From a virus: a stretch of 64,000 bases of DNA. The stretch lies in IMG/VR virus record IMGVR_UViG_3300025151_000016; one strand, 5' to 3'. Position numbers and translations under genes: made by a program. Positions 1 through 10,341 of the stretch are shown here, one piece after another; positions within the stretch are counted from its first letter, which is position 1; the number at the start of each line of letters is the position of its first letter. The notes under the pieces were generated by a model, which had not been told where the DNA came from, did no database searches, and saw only the letters and a program-made list of their open reading frames with translations.

Positions 1-895
1 CAGCACTTCCAAAACTTATGCTTGTACCACTGACAGTTCCTACATGAGCTGTACCTCTATCTGAGTTACCACCATCTGCATAAAATATAACCATTTTGTT
101 ATTACTACTGTCAAAAACAAGTTCAATCATAGAAGCTGCACTTGAACTTACAACCACCTCTGAGCCAAAACTTATTGATGTTCCAGACACAGTTCCTACA
201 ACAGCAGTTGCCTGTTGACTTGCTGCTTGATCTCTATAAGCAATAACAACTTTATTTTGACTACTATCAAACTCTGCTGCAATATTACTAGTATTTCCAG
301 ACTGAATAACAACAGGTGTACCAAAGCTTATATCTGTGCCTGACACTGTGCCAACAGCAGCAGTACCGTAATCTGAATTTCCTGCATCTTTGTAAGCAAC
401 AACAAACTTATTAGCATTACTATCAAAACAAGCATTAATATGTTGAGTGTTACCTGACTCAAAAGCTGCTTTAGTGCCAAAAGATATTGAAGTACCACTT
501 ACTGTTCCAACAATAGCCGTACCAGTTCTGTCGTTTGTGCTTGGATTATTTGTGTCTGTGTAAAAAATAACAACTTTGTTTGCATTGCTATCAAAAACGC
601 AATCCATTTGATCAGCAGTAATTTCACTATTTTGAAAAACTACTTCAGAACCAAAGCTTATGGAGTTATTAGAAGAATCTACTGTCCCAACTATAGCTTT
701 ACCTTTTGATCCATCAGTGCCATCACTAAAAGCTACTACAACTTTTCCTGTGTTGGAATCAAAAGCAGCAGCAAAGCCAGTTGTAGAACCTGAGTTCATA
801 GTTACTTCTGTGCCAATAGCTTGAGTAACAGTTAAAGCTTCACTGGCCACAGCTCTGATTATGGCGTCTTTAGTTAAGTTGCCAATTGTCTTCAC
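1..895 (-). CDS. Beta-propeller-like repeat virion/tail protein (partial, runs off left edge; absent from ORF track)
   Basis: GTG at 895 with AAGGAGAG RBS (901-908); translates MKTIGNLTKDAIIRAVASE... then ~48-aa repeats FDSN.NKVV..Y......G.A.VGTVSGTSISFG. Confidence 0.75.
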   Translation of the reverse strand, partial: MKTIGNLTKDAIIRAVASEALTVTQAIGTEVTMNSGSTTGFAAAFDSNTGKVVVAFSDGTDGSKGKAIVGTVDSSNNSISFGSEVVFQNSEITADQMDCVFDSNANKVVIFYTDTNNPSTNDRTGTAIVGTVSGTSISFGTKAAFESGNTQHINACFDSNANKFVVAYKDAGNSDYGTAAVGTVSGTDISFGTPVVIQSGNTSNIAAEFDSSQNKVVIAYRDQAASQQATAVVGTVSGTSISFGSEVVVSSSAASMIELVFDSSNNKMVIFYADGGNSDRGTAHVGTVSGTSISFGSA

Positions 896-906
896 AACAA
901 CTCTCC

Positions 907-1281
907 TTATGAGATCTCTTCGTAACTCACTATTACTTCGAGATCACTTGCTGTACCCGCAGTAGCGGTAATGCTTTTATCTTCTTCTAGATATATAGCC
1001 GTGTTCTTATCTAAAACAACCAATGATGAATCAGCAGCAACAGATGCAGTAGATACTAGTGAGTACGCTGTTCCAGCTCCATCATCTGCTGAGTGAACAT
1101 CAACAGTTACATCACATGAATTTGTACCATCTACGTTAGCAACTTGAATCATGTTTATCTTAAATACTTTATTACTAGAAGCAGCGTTATTTACTAAAAC
1201 GGTTGCGTTAGTTGTTGAAAGCGCGACGGTTGCGGTTTTTCCTGTAATCGTTGCGACATTTACTATATTTGGTGCGGTCAT
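907..1281 (-). CDS. Small virion structural protein (hypothetical)
   Basis: 124 aa beta-rich ORF, GGGAGG RBS, in late tail operon. Confidence 0.6.
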   Translation of the reverse strand: MTAPNIVNVATITGKTATVALSTTNATVLVNNAASSNKVFKINMIQVANVDGTNSCDVTVDVHSADDGAGTAYSLVSTASVAADSSLVVLDKNTAIYLEEDKSITATAGTASDLEVIVSYEEIS

Positions 1282-1294
1282 AACTTAGCCTCCC

Positions 1295-1597
1295 TTACCC
1301 AAAAACAATAGCCATAGCTATGGCCTTACCAGTTGAAATTCCTGCAGCTCCGAACGTCAGTGTTCCTGAGCCATTTGTTAAAATTGCTTGGCCATTCGAA
1401 CCATCAGATGTTGGATATGATAGCCCTCCGAGCGTTGCAGAGTCAGCCGTCAAGCCAACCGCTGTTCCTAATGCTACGGTTTTACCGCCTATTGTTACGA
1501 GAGTAGTGCCTTTGGCTTGTAAACCAAGTATGCCACTGGTATCGCCCGTGACGATCGCACCGCCAGTTGCCACATCTGCATTAATTGTTGTTGCCAT
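1295..1597 (-). CDS. Small tail-fibre-associated protein
   Basis: PTSDGSNGQAILTNGSGTLTF fibre linker motif, C-terminal GKAIAMAIVFG; directly behind late promoter. Confidence 0.6.
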   Translation of the reverse strand: MATTINADVATGGAIVTGDTSGILGLQAKGTTLVTIGGKTVALGTAVGLTADSATLGGLSYPTSDGSNGQAILTNGSGTLTFGAAGISTGKAIAMAIVFG

Positions 1598-1640
1598 CTT
1601 CGTCCCCTGACTATTAGCTTTATGTTATTTATATCACTTA
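1591..1640. repeat. 50-bp perfect direct repeat, copy 1 (late promoter + RBS + ATG)
   Basis: ttgccatcttcgtcccctgactattagctttatgttatttatatcactta identical to 14143-14192. Confidence 0.95.
1626..1633 (-). promoter_or_regulatory. T4-type late promoter TATAAATA
   Basis: Exact gp55 consensus upstream of the 1597 start. Confidence 0.85.
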
Positions 1641-1650
1641 AAATCTTTTA

Positions 1651-2220
1651 TTAAGGTTTTTCTGGCCAGTCTGCTTCTTCTAAGTGTGGCCAGTTTTTAT
1701 GAGAAGATAGATCACGTAAAGCCTGACGATACGTTTTCCAAGCAGTTGAAACTGTTCCGCTTGTTTCAGTTGCTTTTACAACAACCCAATCAGTTTCTGT
1801 AAGTAAACCATCTCTCTTAGTGCGATTAGCTTCTGCTTCATTGCTATCAAGAACTTTTTGATATTCAGCCTCAGCTTCTGCTTTTGTTTGTATTACAACT
1901 TCTTTACCATCTGAGTCTTCGCCTTTTACATCAGCAAACATATCATATACTTCATAGTGAATCATCCAATTTCCAAGCTGCTCTACTCCGTCCGAGTCTT
2001 TTCCGAGAGCTTCTCTTCTTGGTTTAGATTCTTGTCTTACTTGCTGGTATTTACCAGGCACAGGTTGCGCGCCTTCAAGTACTGGAACCATATTATACTG
2101 CTGCATAATTGATTTTGTAATATTTTTAGGGAAAGATACGTTAGGATTATCTCTTCGTAAGTCTCCGACTGTGTAAGGCCAAGTTGTTACTAGACCTGTA
2201 GTAGTTATTTTAGCAAACAT
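1651..2220 (-). CDS. Phage tail (fibre) assembly chaperone
   Basis: C-terminal RDGLLTETDW...WKTYRQALRDL...WP motif; paralogue of 9811..10314; follows a fibre-like gene. Confidence 0.75.
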   Translation of the reverse strand: MFAKITTTGLVTTWPYTVGDLRRDNPNVSFPKNITKSIMQQYNMVPVLEGAQPVPGKYQQVRQESKPRREALGKDSDGVEQLGNWMIHYEVYDMFADVKGEDSDGKEVVIQTKAEAEAEYQKVLDSNEAEANRTKRDGLLTETDWVVVKATETSGTVSTAWKTYRQALRDLSSHKNWPHLEEADWPEKP

Positions 2221-2249
2221 GTTGTGTTCTCCTTATGTATTGCTTTGTG

Positions 2250-4208
2250 TTATGCGATTGCGTAGAAAATAAATTTATTACCACTACCGCCAAGTATATT
2301 GTCATGTAGAATAAATCCTGAATTATCAGGGTCTATATTATCTGAATGTGTAACTGCTGCTGTAGTGTCATTTAACTTTAAACGACTATCATTGCCAGAA
2401 ACTATACCTCGCACACTATCCCAAAGATACCATTGATCTGATGCACTTGTTTTTTTCAAAAGCACAAACCTAGCACCACTAGTAAAACCACAGTCAATTG
2501 TCATATCACTTCCAGTAGAAGTAAACGAACCAACCTTAGATACACCTGCTACGGTAGCGAAAAGGTAGGCTATGTACTTGCCACCAGATGCATTTACATC
2601 AGAATTTGTACTTATTGGGAATACCGTTGCGCTGTGGCTACTGACAGGTGTAAATTGTCCAGCACCTCCAAAGGCATTAGTAGCAGGTAAGAATGCCCCA
2701 CGTTCATAACCATCCGCTTCAAAAGTATTAGCTGATGTTCCAACAATCCAACCCAAAGTGCTTGTTGTATCTCTTCGCTTCACCCATATCATCTCAGGTG
2801 GTACACCAAGGTTATGACTTATAGTTGTTGCGCTTCCTGTGCCTGTATATGCAACCACATCGAAAAAGCCAGGTGCACGTTTCCACATCCACCAACTAAC
2901 AGTTTTGCTAGAGTTAAACAGTTGGACTCTTACTTTATCATCAAAATCAAATTGACATGGCCCTGGGCTGTTAGAATTATCAGCGCTAGTGTCATTTGTA
3001 TTAAGGTCTATTTTTGCTCCGCGCAGACGGTCATAAGCATACCAAGAACCACTATGAGATGTTTCTTTACCAAGAGCAAAATCAACAGGAAAACCAGCAG
3101 TTGCGTAACGAGTAGTCTGATAACCCCCCGCTTGATTCACAGTAGCAAAAACCTGAGTCGCATCATCGGGTGTAGCCATGGGGCCTCTGCGTATTGCCAT
3201 GTAAACGTAGGTTTGTCCATTACCATTTATTTCGTTATTGTTTTTAGTCACACGAAAACCATTCGACAATAGTGTTCCCATAGCAGTACTATCATTTTCA
3301 TCAGCTTGAGCTGAATCTGCCCTTAACACAGCATTTTGACTTTCTGCTATACCCCTCATATTATCTAATATTAACCAACTGTCTGATGTAGATGATGTTT
3401 TTATCAAAACCCATTGAGGCTCAAATCCTAAATCAATTATTTTTGTTCCATTAGTGCTTCCATCACCAGTATAACTTCCACACTTTATAATATCTTGGTC
3501 ACCAGTAGAACCAAACACACCGTCACTGTTATTGTGAGCAAATATATATAACACGTAAGTTGCGCCATTAATATTCATGCCATACGTAGAACTTGTAGAA
3601 CTTACACCAACTGTTGTTGAAGTCATACCCGCTTCATAATACGATCCATAACCTCCTTGAGCATCAGTCTGATTTAAACGTAAAAATTCATTATCAACCA
3701 TAGCTGTGTGCCAAACCATCCAGTGAGCTGAAGTGGATGTGCTTTTACCTATAATCATACCCGGAGTTGAACCTAGATTATGCGATATCGTTCTATTAGA
3801 AGTTCCATCCCCAGTATAAGTCACAATGTCAAAGAACTTAGGCGCTTGGCGAAAGGTCCATCCTACGTACCGAGAACTACTAGCGTTAACCATATCGTCT
3901 GTGCCAAGGGAAAAGCCATTAGAGTTAAATGCAGTTACTGTTTGTGCTTCTGTAGCTTCACCACTGTCACCGCTTGACCTGAGATGTTTTGTTGCACCTC
4001 TTACTGTATCTTGTAGAGTATGCTGTGCAGAACCACTACGTTTCTTTATCCAAGTTAATCCACCTTCGCCACTAAGATTAATGCCGTTAGTAATTGTTCT
4101 TGCAGATCCGGACCCATCCCACACATTTATTTTAAACAAATCATCTGAATTTGCAGGTATTCCTTGTGTATTTCCAGCCGATCCAAGAACTCTTGCTACG
4201 TTACTCAT
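2250..4208 (-). CDS. Tail-fibre/appendage protein with tandem YTGxG-WxK-DxxRG repeats (DUF7483-like)
   Basis: Repeats FFDIVTYTG, HNLG..P.MI..K, GFEPQW..IK, ends FIFYAIA; paralogue of 10342..12951. Confidence 0.7.
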   Translation of the reverse strand: MSNVARVLGSAGNTQGIPANSDDLFKINVWDGSGSARTITNGINLSGEGGLTWIKKRSGSAQHTLQDTVRGATKHLRSSGDSGEATEAQTVTAFNSNGFSLGTDDMVNASSSRYVGWTFRQAPKFFDIVTYTGDGTSNRTISHNLGSTPGMIIGKSTSTSAHWMVWHTAMVDNEFLRLNQTDAQGGYGSYYEAGMTSTTVGVSSTSSTYGMNINGATYVLYIFAHNNSDGVFGSTGDQDIIKCGSYTGDGSTNGTKIIDLGFEPQWVLIKTSSTSDSWLILDNMRGIAESQNAVLRADSAQADENDSTAMGTLLSNGFRVTKNNNEINGNGQTYVYMAIRRGPMATPDDATQVFATVNQAGGYQTTRYATAGFPVDFALGKETSHSGSWYAYDRLRGAKIDLNTNDTSADNSNSPGPCQFDFDDKVRVQLFNSSKTVSWWMWKRAPGFFDVVAYTGTGSATTISHNLGVPPEMIWVKRRDTTSTLGWIVGTSANTFEADGYERGAFLPATNAFGGAGQFTPVSSHSATVFPISTNSDVNASGGKYIAYLFATVAGVSKVGSFTSTGSDMTIDCGFTSGARFVLLKKTSASDQWYLWDSVRGIVSGNDSRLKLNDTTAAVTHSDNIDPDNSGFILHDNILGGSGNKFIFYAIA

Positions 4209-5515
4209 GCTATGCCTTCTCCTGCTAATTTACCAAAGTAAGTTGTACCACCATCTATCGTAATAAATGTATACACAGATTTTCCAGCATTTACAGTAGG
4301 TGCTGATCCTCCATGCCATTTTATTGAGCTAGGCCACGTTAATGCATAGGCTGAAGAGTTTTCTACTTCTAGAGAAAATCCAGTTGGTATGTCAGTTGCA
4401 GGTGGATTCGTAAATTCTACTATAGTTGCAGCAGTAGGCGTAAAACTAAATCTGTTTCCTGTTGATAAATCTAATATCTGTTTTGGCTCACTTTTTCGAA
4501 TAGCTACATAAACATAAGGATGACCACTACCGTTTGTTCTATCATCAGATGTCATAGGTCTGAAACCAGTAGAAGTGAATTCTACGAGATCTTGGTTTGT
4601 TACTTCAGCATTAGTTGAGTTTGGCGACACATATGGATCATTGCCGCCAGTCGCCACACCTCTTACATTATCCATTACGTGCCAGTTCTCAGAACCAAGA
4701 TCTCTATTTTTAATCAATATCCACTGTGGTTCCCATCCAAGAGTTACAGCTGCACCTTCAGCGGATCCATTACCGGTGTAACCACCACAGTATATGCTAC
4801 CAGTTGATGATGTGTCATGTCCAAAGAAGTAAGCAACATATGTTCTTCCAGATTGATTAATTGCTCCAGTATTAGCTTTTAAAGTAAACTGTGATGATGT
4901 AGGTGCCACAGGCCAATAGCCGTTGCCGCCTTCTGATCCAGTACTATTGAAAACAAGGCCATGACTACTCGATGTTAAACTATTATGGTAAACATACCAA
5001 TCGGTACCATTATTGCCTCTACATTTTACTATGACCATTCCTGGAGCTGAACCTAAACTGTGATTAATAGTTTGCTGGCTGTTTGATCCGTTGTAAGTTA
5101 CTACGTCAAAAAAGTTAGCAGCAGTTTTAAAAGTAAAGCTAACATAGTTTTGGCTATTAGCATTAACGTATGTATTATTTACTGTAAACCCATTGTTGTT
5201 AAAAGATGTAAGTGAATTAGCCTGCGTTTCTTCGGCATTTGTACTATTGTCAAGTAATACAGTTGCACCTCGTACTGTGTCATGAAAGAACCATGATTGA
5301 GTGGAAGTTCTACTTTTTGTCCAAATCATACCCTCATTACCAGCTGATAAATCAACTCCAGTAACGATGTCTGTAGAAGTCTCATTACCAGTGTAAAGTG
5401 TAGTACTGAACAAACCATCTGGGCCAACGGCTCCACTATTAGTAGTGCCCGCAAAGTCTGGAAGTTTAGTAGCTTCTAAGCTATTTTTTACTTTAAAATT
5501 TTTGTTGTTAGCCAT
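4205..5515 (-). CDS. Tail-fibre/appendage protein, repeat module N-terminal to a DLSTG...WP...APT...DGG scaffold domain
   Basis: N-term MANNKNFKVKN shared with the next two genes; same repeat family. Confidence 0.7.
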   Translation of the reverse strand: MANNKNFKVKNSLEATKLPDFAGTTNSGAVGPDGLFSTTLYTGNETSTDIVTGVDLSAGNEGMIWTKSRTSTQSWFFHDTVRGATVLLDNSTNAEETQANSLTSFNNNGFTVNNTYVNANSQNYVSFTFKTAANFFDVVTYNGSNSQQTINHSLGSAPGMVIVKCRGNNGTDWYVYHNSLTSSSHGLVFNSTGSEGGNGYWPVAPTSSQFTLKANTGAINQSGRTYVAYFFGHDTSSTGSIYCGGYTGNGSAEGAAVTLGWEPQWILIKNRDLGSENWHVMDNVRGVATGGNDPYVSPNSTNAEVTNQDLVEFTSTGFRPMTSDDRTNGSGHPYVYVAIRKSEPKQILDLSTGNRFSFTPTAATIVEFTNPPATDIPTGFSLEVENSSAYALTWPSSIKWHGGSAPTVNAGKSVYTFITIDGGTTYFGKLAGEGIA

Positions 5516-5529
5516 GTTTCACTTTCCAC

Positions 5530-6837
5530 TTAGCTAAGGTTATCGCCAGACAAATAACCATAATATGATGATCCAGAATCGTCTGTAGTAAATGTGTATA
5601 AGTCTGTTTCACCTATGGCCGGTGCCGTAGGAGTAATTCCAGCTGGCCATTTAACTGTTCCGGGCCAAGTAAGAGCAACATCAGTAGCTTCACGGATTGC
5701 TACATATATTATATTTTCACCGCTGTGATTTATTTGAGAACTATTATCTTTTATGTCAAAACCAGTGCTAGTTCGTGCAATTATAAGTGGTGATGTTGTG
5801 TCTTCGTTAGCATTGCTGTTTGCAAACAGCCCGTCTCTAGTCGCGGTTGAAGAAAAATCTCTTGCTGTATCAATTATTCTCCAATACGAAGATCTTTCTT
5901 CATTACGAATCATTAACCACTGAGGAGACCACCCTAAGTTAATAGAAGGACCAGACGCAGAGCCGTTACCTGTAAAACTACCGCACTGTATCATACTGTC
6001 TGAACCAGTTTCATGACCAAATACGTAGGCTACATAATTGTTACCGTTGTTATTTACATGAGCATCTGCTCCAATGTTTAAAACACTACTAGTTACTGGA
6101 GTAGTTTGGTCCCAGTAACCTACAGAACTTGAAGCAGAACCCATTTCATTTAACTCTAATCTTCGGTTAACCGCCATACCTCTGTGATAAACTTGCCAAC
6201 CATACGCACTAGATAGGTTTTTGTAGAGAACCATGCCTGGAACTGAGCCTAGATTATGGCTTATGGCTCTTGCAGTTCCATTTCCAGTCCATGTTACAAC
6301 ATCAAAAAAACTAGGAGCAGATTTCCATGTCCAAGCTACGAAGTTTTTACCGCTCTCTCCTGTCCAACCTGACCCACCTTCAGTAAATCCATTACTATTA
6401 AATGCACTTAAACCAGTTGATCTAGTTCCTTCGGCATCAGTATCATCTGATACTAGCCATTTAGTTGCACCTCTAACAGTATCAAATAAGTTATGATTAT
6501 AAGTACTGCCAGTTCCTCGTTTTTTAATCCAAACCAATCCTTCATTAGATCCAGATAGATCTATACCTGTGGTAACTGTATTAGAAGAACCTGTGCCGGT
6601 GTAAAGTGTAGTGCTAAATTTGTTTGCTACATCAGCGGCGGTGGCGGTTAATTCTAAATTAAACGTCTGTGCAGGACTTGGATTGCTGATTGTGTACGTA
6701 GCAACATTTGGTGAATCTTTAAAATAATTACCTGTGCTAAGATCGATATTGCTACCAGTAATAGTACCAAGAGAAGTCTTTACGCTTCCACCAATTTCTA
6801 ATGCATTTTTTACTTTAAAGGTTTTATCGTTAGCCAT
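5530..6837 (-). CDS. Tail-fibre/appendage protein, repeat module inserted inside the scaffold domain
   Basis: MANDKTFKVKN; DLSTGNYF precedes and LTWPGTVKWP follows the repeat module. Confidence 0.7.
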   Translation of the reverse strand: MANDKTFKVKNALEIGGSVKTSLGTITGSNIDLSTGNYFKDSPNVATYTISNPSPAQTFNLELTATAADVANKFSTTLYTGTGSSNTVTTGIDLSGSNEGLVWIKKRGTGSTYNHNLFDTVRGATKWLVSDDTDAEGTRSTGLSAFNSNGFTEGGSGWTGESGKNFVAWTWKSAPSFFDVVTWTGNGTARAISHNLGSVPGMVLYKNLSSAYGWQVYHRGMAVNRRLELNEMGSASSSVGYWDQTTPVTSSVLNIGADAHVNNNGNNYVAYVFGHETGSDSMIQCGSFTGNGSASGPSINLGWSPQWLMIRNEERSSYWRIIDTARDFSSTATRDGLFANSNANEDTTSPLIIARTSTGFDIKDNSSQINHSGENIIYVAIREATDVALTWPGTVKWPAGITPTAPAIGETDLYTFTTDDSGSSYYGYLSGDNLS

Positions 6838-9116
6838 TACTTAGCTCCATCAATTGCATGTACAGCTTTATATGTTGCTCCACCATCAGATGTACTAAAT
6901 GTAAGTACGTCTGTTTCACCGATTGGTGGACTAGTGGGAGCTGTGCCGCCGGGCCAATCAATTGTATTATTATATGTCGTTACAGCCGCGTTTTCTTTAG
7001 CAATCGCAACGTAAACGTATTTATCGTTAGAACCATTGAGCTCACCAGCAGATGTAGCAAGACTAAAACCAGTAGAAGTTACGTTTATTCTATCCAACCC
7101 GCTAGTCGCTTCAGCAGTTGAGGTGTTTGCATCTACATGCCTATCACCGGCGCCATCTGGTATACCTCTTACGGTGTCATAAATTTCCCAATTACCAGAA
7201 CTAGTAGATGAACTTTTTATCATTATCCACTGAGGCTCAAAGCCACAATCAACAGAAGGGCCGGAAGCGTTGCCATTACCAGTATAACCGCCACAAGAAA
7301 CAGTACTAGTATTATGTGACCACAGATAGGCAATAAATGTTTCTCCATCAGCATTCACATCTCCATTGCCGCCTACAGTAAACTCTGTTGAAGTAGGAGC
7401 AGTATCATTAAAGTTACCTGAATTATCAGACGTAGCTACAGTTGAATGTAACTTTAAAACATCAGTTTCTGGAGCAGTAGTGTTTGCTCTATGATATACC
7501 ATCCAGTCACCACCACCGCTAGTTTTCTTAATTACAATCATGCCCGGAACTGCACCTAAATTATGACTTATTGTTCTTACAGAGGCGTTACCCGTATATG
7601 TAACTATGTCAAAGAAATCAGGCGCCGATCTAAATGTAAAAGCGACATATGTAGCACCACCACCACCACTGTTATTGAAGGTAGTACCTACTCCTAATGA
7701 AAATCCATCAGATCTAAAACCGGTCATTAAATCAGCTACTGTGCCTGATGCGGCATCTCTGTCAGTTCTTAACCTAACATTAGCACCTCTAACGGTGTCA
7801 AACATGTGTGGCGTAGTGCTGCCACTTCTGCCATGAAACCAAATCATACCTTCATTGTTAACTAAATCTATACCAGTTGTAATATTTTGCTCGCCTCCAG
7901 GGTTACCATCTGCAGATCCTGTATAAAGTGTAGTTTGATACTTATCAGCTACACCTGCTGCATCTCCGCCGTTATACAATAACGTAGCCTGACTAACCGT
8001 ACCACTTGGAGCAGGATTAGTAAGTTTTATTGATGTATTACCTGTTGGAGTGAAATTAAAAACTGAACCAGTAGAAAGATCTAAGACTGATTCATTTACA
8101 GCCTTTTTCACGGCCATGTAGATGTAGGTACCACTAGAGTTATTCCACTCATTATCTGTAGTAACTATTTGAAAACCTGAAGAATTAGTTTTTACTCTGT
8201 CAGCTGTTTGTCCTGCTCCATTATCATTAGCTCTTAATACACTTACACTACCACTTGTATCAAAACCACGTTGTGAATCTACTATAGCCCAACCATCACC
8301 TGAATCTACTCTCTTTACTATTAACCATTGAGGCTCAAACCCTATATCAACAGTAGGACCGGTTGCAGAGCCGTTGCCTGAATATTCCCCACAAGAAATA
8401 GTATCAGTATTGTGAGCAAATAAGTAAGCTATGTATTCACCGCCTGCAGCATTCACGTGATTATTGCTTGCATTTACTGTAAAAACACTGGAAGTAGGCG
8501 CTGTGTTATTCATTGAGCCGGTGTCAGCATTTTCTGCACCATTAGTATTTAATCTTAATTGTTTACCAGCTCCACGAGTTCTGTGATGCACAAACCAAAA
8601 ATCACCACTATCTATTCTTCTTATCCATATCATTCCTGGAACAGAACCTAAATTATGAGATATAGTTCTTAAAGTGTTATTACCGGTATAAGTTACTACG
8701 TCAAAATAATTAGCTGCTGATTTCCAAGTCCAAGAAACAAAGTTAGTTGAATTGGCATTCGATCCACTTGCACTCCCTAAATTAAAACCAGTAGAAGTAA
8801 ATGCAGTTAATGAATTAGCGTCAGTTGTTTGTGCACTAGCAGCATCATGGCTAATGAGATATTTAGTTGCGCCTCTGACTGTATCAAATAAATAGTTAGA
8901 ACCACTAGCCCTGCTCTTTAACCAAACTAAACCCTCATTACCGCCTGATAGATCTACACCCGTAGCAATACTTTGAGTGCCACCATTTCCTGTGTAAAGT
9001 GTAGTGCTGAATGAACCACTTGGCGTTGTAACATCAGCACCAATTGTCCCAAGGCTTTCGACGATATTGGTTGCTTCAATACCGCTTTTGACTTTAAAGT
9101 CTTTGTTGTTTGCCAT
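6837..9116 (-). CDS. Tail-fibre/appendage protein with two repeat modules
   Basis: MANNKDFKVKS; two TTLYTG...Y.Y.A. modules, one before and one inside the scaffold domain. Confidence 0.7.
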   Translation of the reverse strand: MANNKDFKVKSGIEATNIVESLGTIGADVTTPSGSFSTTLYTGNGGTQSIATGVDLSGGNEGLVWLKSRASGSNYLFDTVRGATKYLISHDAASAQTTDANSLTAFTSTGFNLGSASGSNANSTNFVSWTWKSAANYFDVVTYTGNNTLRTISHNLGSVPGMIWIRRIDSGDFWFVHHRTRGAGKQLRLNTNGAENADTGSMNNTAPTSSVFTVNASNNHVNAAGGEYIAYLFAHNTDTISCGEYSGNGSATGPTVDIGFEPQWLIVKRVDSGDGWAIVDSQRGFDTSGSVSVLRANDNGAGQTADRVKTNSSGFQIVTTDNEWNNSSGTYIYMAVKKAVNESVLDLSTGSVFNFTPTGNTSIKLTNPAPSGTVSQATLLYNGGDAAGVADKYQTTLYTGSADGNPGGEQNITTGIDLVNNEGMIWFHGRSGSTTPHMFDTVRGANVRLRTDRDAASGTVADLMTGFRSDGFSLGVGTTFNNSGGGGATYVAFTFRSAPDFFDIVTYTGNASVRTISHNLGAVPGMIVIKKTSGGGDWMVYHRANTTAPETDVLKLHSTVATSDNSGNFNDTAPTSTEFTVGGNGDVNADGETFIAYLWSHNTSTVSCGGYTGNGNASGPSVDCGFEPQWIMIKSSSTSSGNWEIYDTVRGIPDGAGDRHVDANTSTAEATSGLDRINVTSTGFSLATSAGELNGSNDKYVYVAIAKENAAVTTYNNTIDWPGGTAPTSPPIGETDVLTFSTSDGGATYKAVHAIDGAK

Positions 9117-9145
9117 AGGTTCACTTTCCCCTAATGAGCGTTATT

Positions 9146-9787
9146 TTAAATTTGACTTAGATTAGCCAGTGTAACGTAAGATCTTGCAGCAGAATCAGTT
9201 GCTGTAGCAAGAATACGAACATTTGCTCCTGAAATATCTACGTCATATGCTACGTGTTCTGAATCATTTGTTGATATTGTTGCGTATTGCGTTGCCACTG
9301 CAGTTGAAGAATTGTTATGTGTAATCAGTAACTCAGTGACCATCCTAGAAGGTCTAGCGCTATCCCAGGCGGTGATAGTTGCCTTTATAGCACCATACGT
9401 AGCTTTAGCATATGATGCGATAGCAGTTTGAGTTATGTTTGTTGTAGTCGCAACTTGAGTATCTCCGCCTCCGCCGATAGCTCCCCATTCTCCGCCAGCA
9501 TAACCTTCAAATGCATTATCTTCTGAATTGTAACGAAGCATTCCATTTACGGGCGATCCATCTCTTTGTGCTTGGGTACCGGACGGAAGCTTAACTGATG
9601 TTGTTCCCGAGAAAGTAATATTACCGGTTGCAGAAAGATTACCGGTTGCAGAAAGATTGCCACCAATACTAGCAGAATCTCCAACTGTCAGTATGCCGGA
9701 AGTCGTAAGAGTTGTTGTACCGGTAGAGTCCTCAGAGGTAAGCCCCGGAGCAACTATCCCATCCGTACCATGTAATACTACTACCAT
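9146..9787 (-). CDS. Tail-fibre-associated structural protein
   Basis: KLPSGTQAQR...GMLRYNS...FEGY...WGAIGGG motif shared with 13757..14149; 18-bp tandem duplication (GNLSAT x2) at 9623-9658. Confidence 0.6.
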   Translation of the reverse strand: MVVVLHGTDGIVAPGLTSEDSTGTTTLTTSGILTVGDSASIGGNLSATGNLSATGNITFSGTTSVKLPSGTQAQRDGSPVNGMLRYNSEDNAFEGYAGGEWGAIGGGGDTQVATTTNITQTAIASYAKATYGAIKATITAWDSARPSRMVTELLITHNNSSTAVATQYATISTNDSEHVAYDVDISGANVRILATATDSAARSYVTLANLSQI

Positions 9788-9807
9788 TGTTTGTCCTCTT
9801 TAATCTT

Positions 9808-9815
9808 TATTTATA
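9808..9815 (-). promoter_or_regulatory. T4-type late promoter TATAAATA
   Basis: Exact consensus overlapping the upstream stop codon, GAGGA RBS downstream. Confidence 0.8.
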
Positions 9816-10314
9816 CGGGTTTCGTTGGCCAATCGGCCTCTTGTAAATTTGGCCAGTTATCATGTGTTGTAATATCACGAAGAGCTTTTCGATATGTTTT
9901 CATCTTAGCTGTCATTGTTACGTCTGACATTCCGGTCCAGTCTGTTTCTACAAGCAATCTATCTCGCTGTGCACGATTAGATTCAGCAGTTGCGGTGTCT
10001 AACGTTGCCTGATACGCGGCTTCTTGTTCTGCCTTACTTGTAGTCTTACCGTCTTTAGTATAGGCAGTAAACATATCTACAGCTACATGATTCTCAACCC
10101 AATTACCTTTAGAGTCTTGTTTAACTCCGTCTCGGATTGATACTTGGTATGAACCTGTAAGTTCTGCTGAAGGCATAGCAAATACTGGATCTAAGTTTAA
10201 TCCGTCTAATGTTGCTTCTTTCCAGACACGAGGTAAAGACACATTAGAAAAATGCGCTCTCCATGCGCCTTGCGATTTAACTTCGCCTGTTGTTCTTTCT
10301 CTATATTCACCCAT
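9811..10314 (-). CDS. Phage tail (fibre) assembly chaperone
   Basis: RDRLLVETDW...YRKALRDI...WP.KP motif. Confidence 0.75.
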   Translation of the reverse strand: MGEYRERTTGEVKSQGAWRAHFSNVSLPRVWKEATLDGLNLDPVFAMPSAELTGSYQVSIRDGVKQDSKGNWVENHVAVDMFTAYTKDGKTTSKAEQEAAYQATLDTATAESNRAQRDRLLVETDWTGMSDVTMTAKMKTYRKALRDITTHDNWPNLQEADWPTKPV

Positions 10315-10341
10315 TCGATTGATCCTTTCTTATGAGTTTGA

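Noticed and set aside
1-895. FDS repeats in the propeller protein as support for the DS-sequon idea
   Set aside because: They occupy a fixed structural position in each blade; the YTGxG-repeat fibres also show roughly background DS, so both were excluded from the argument.
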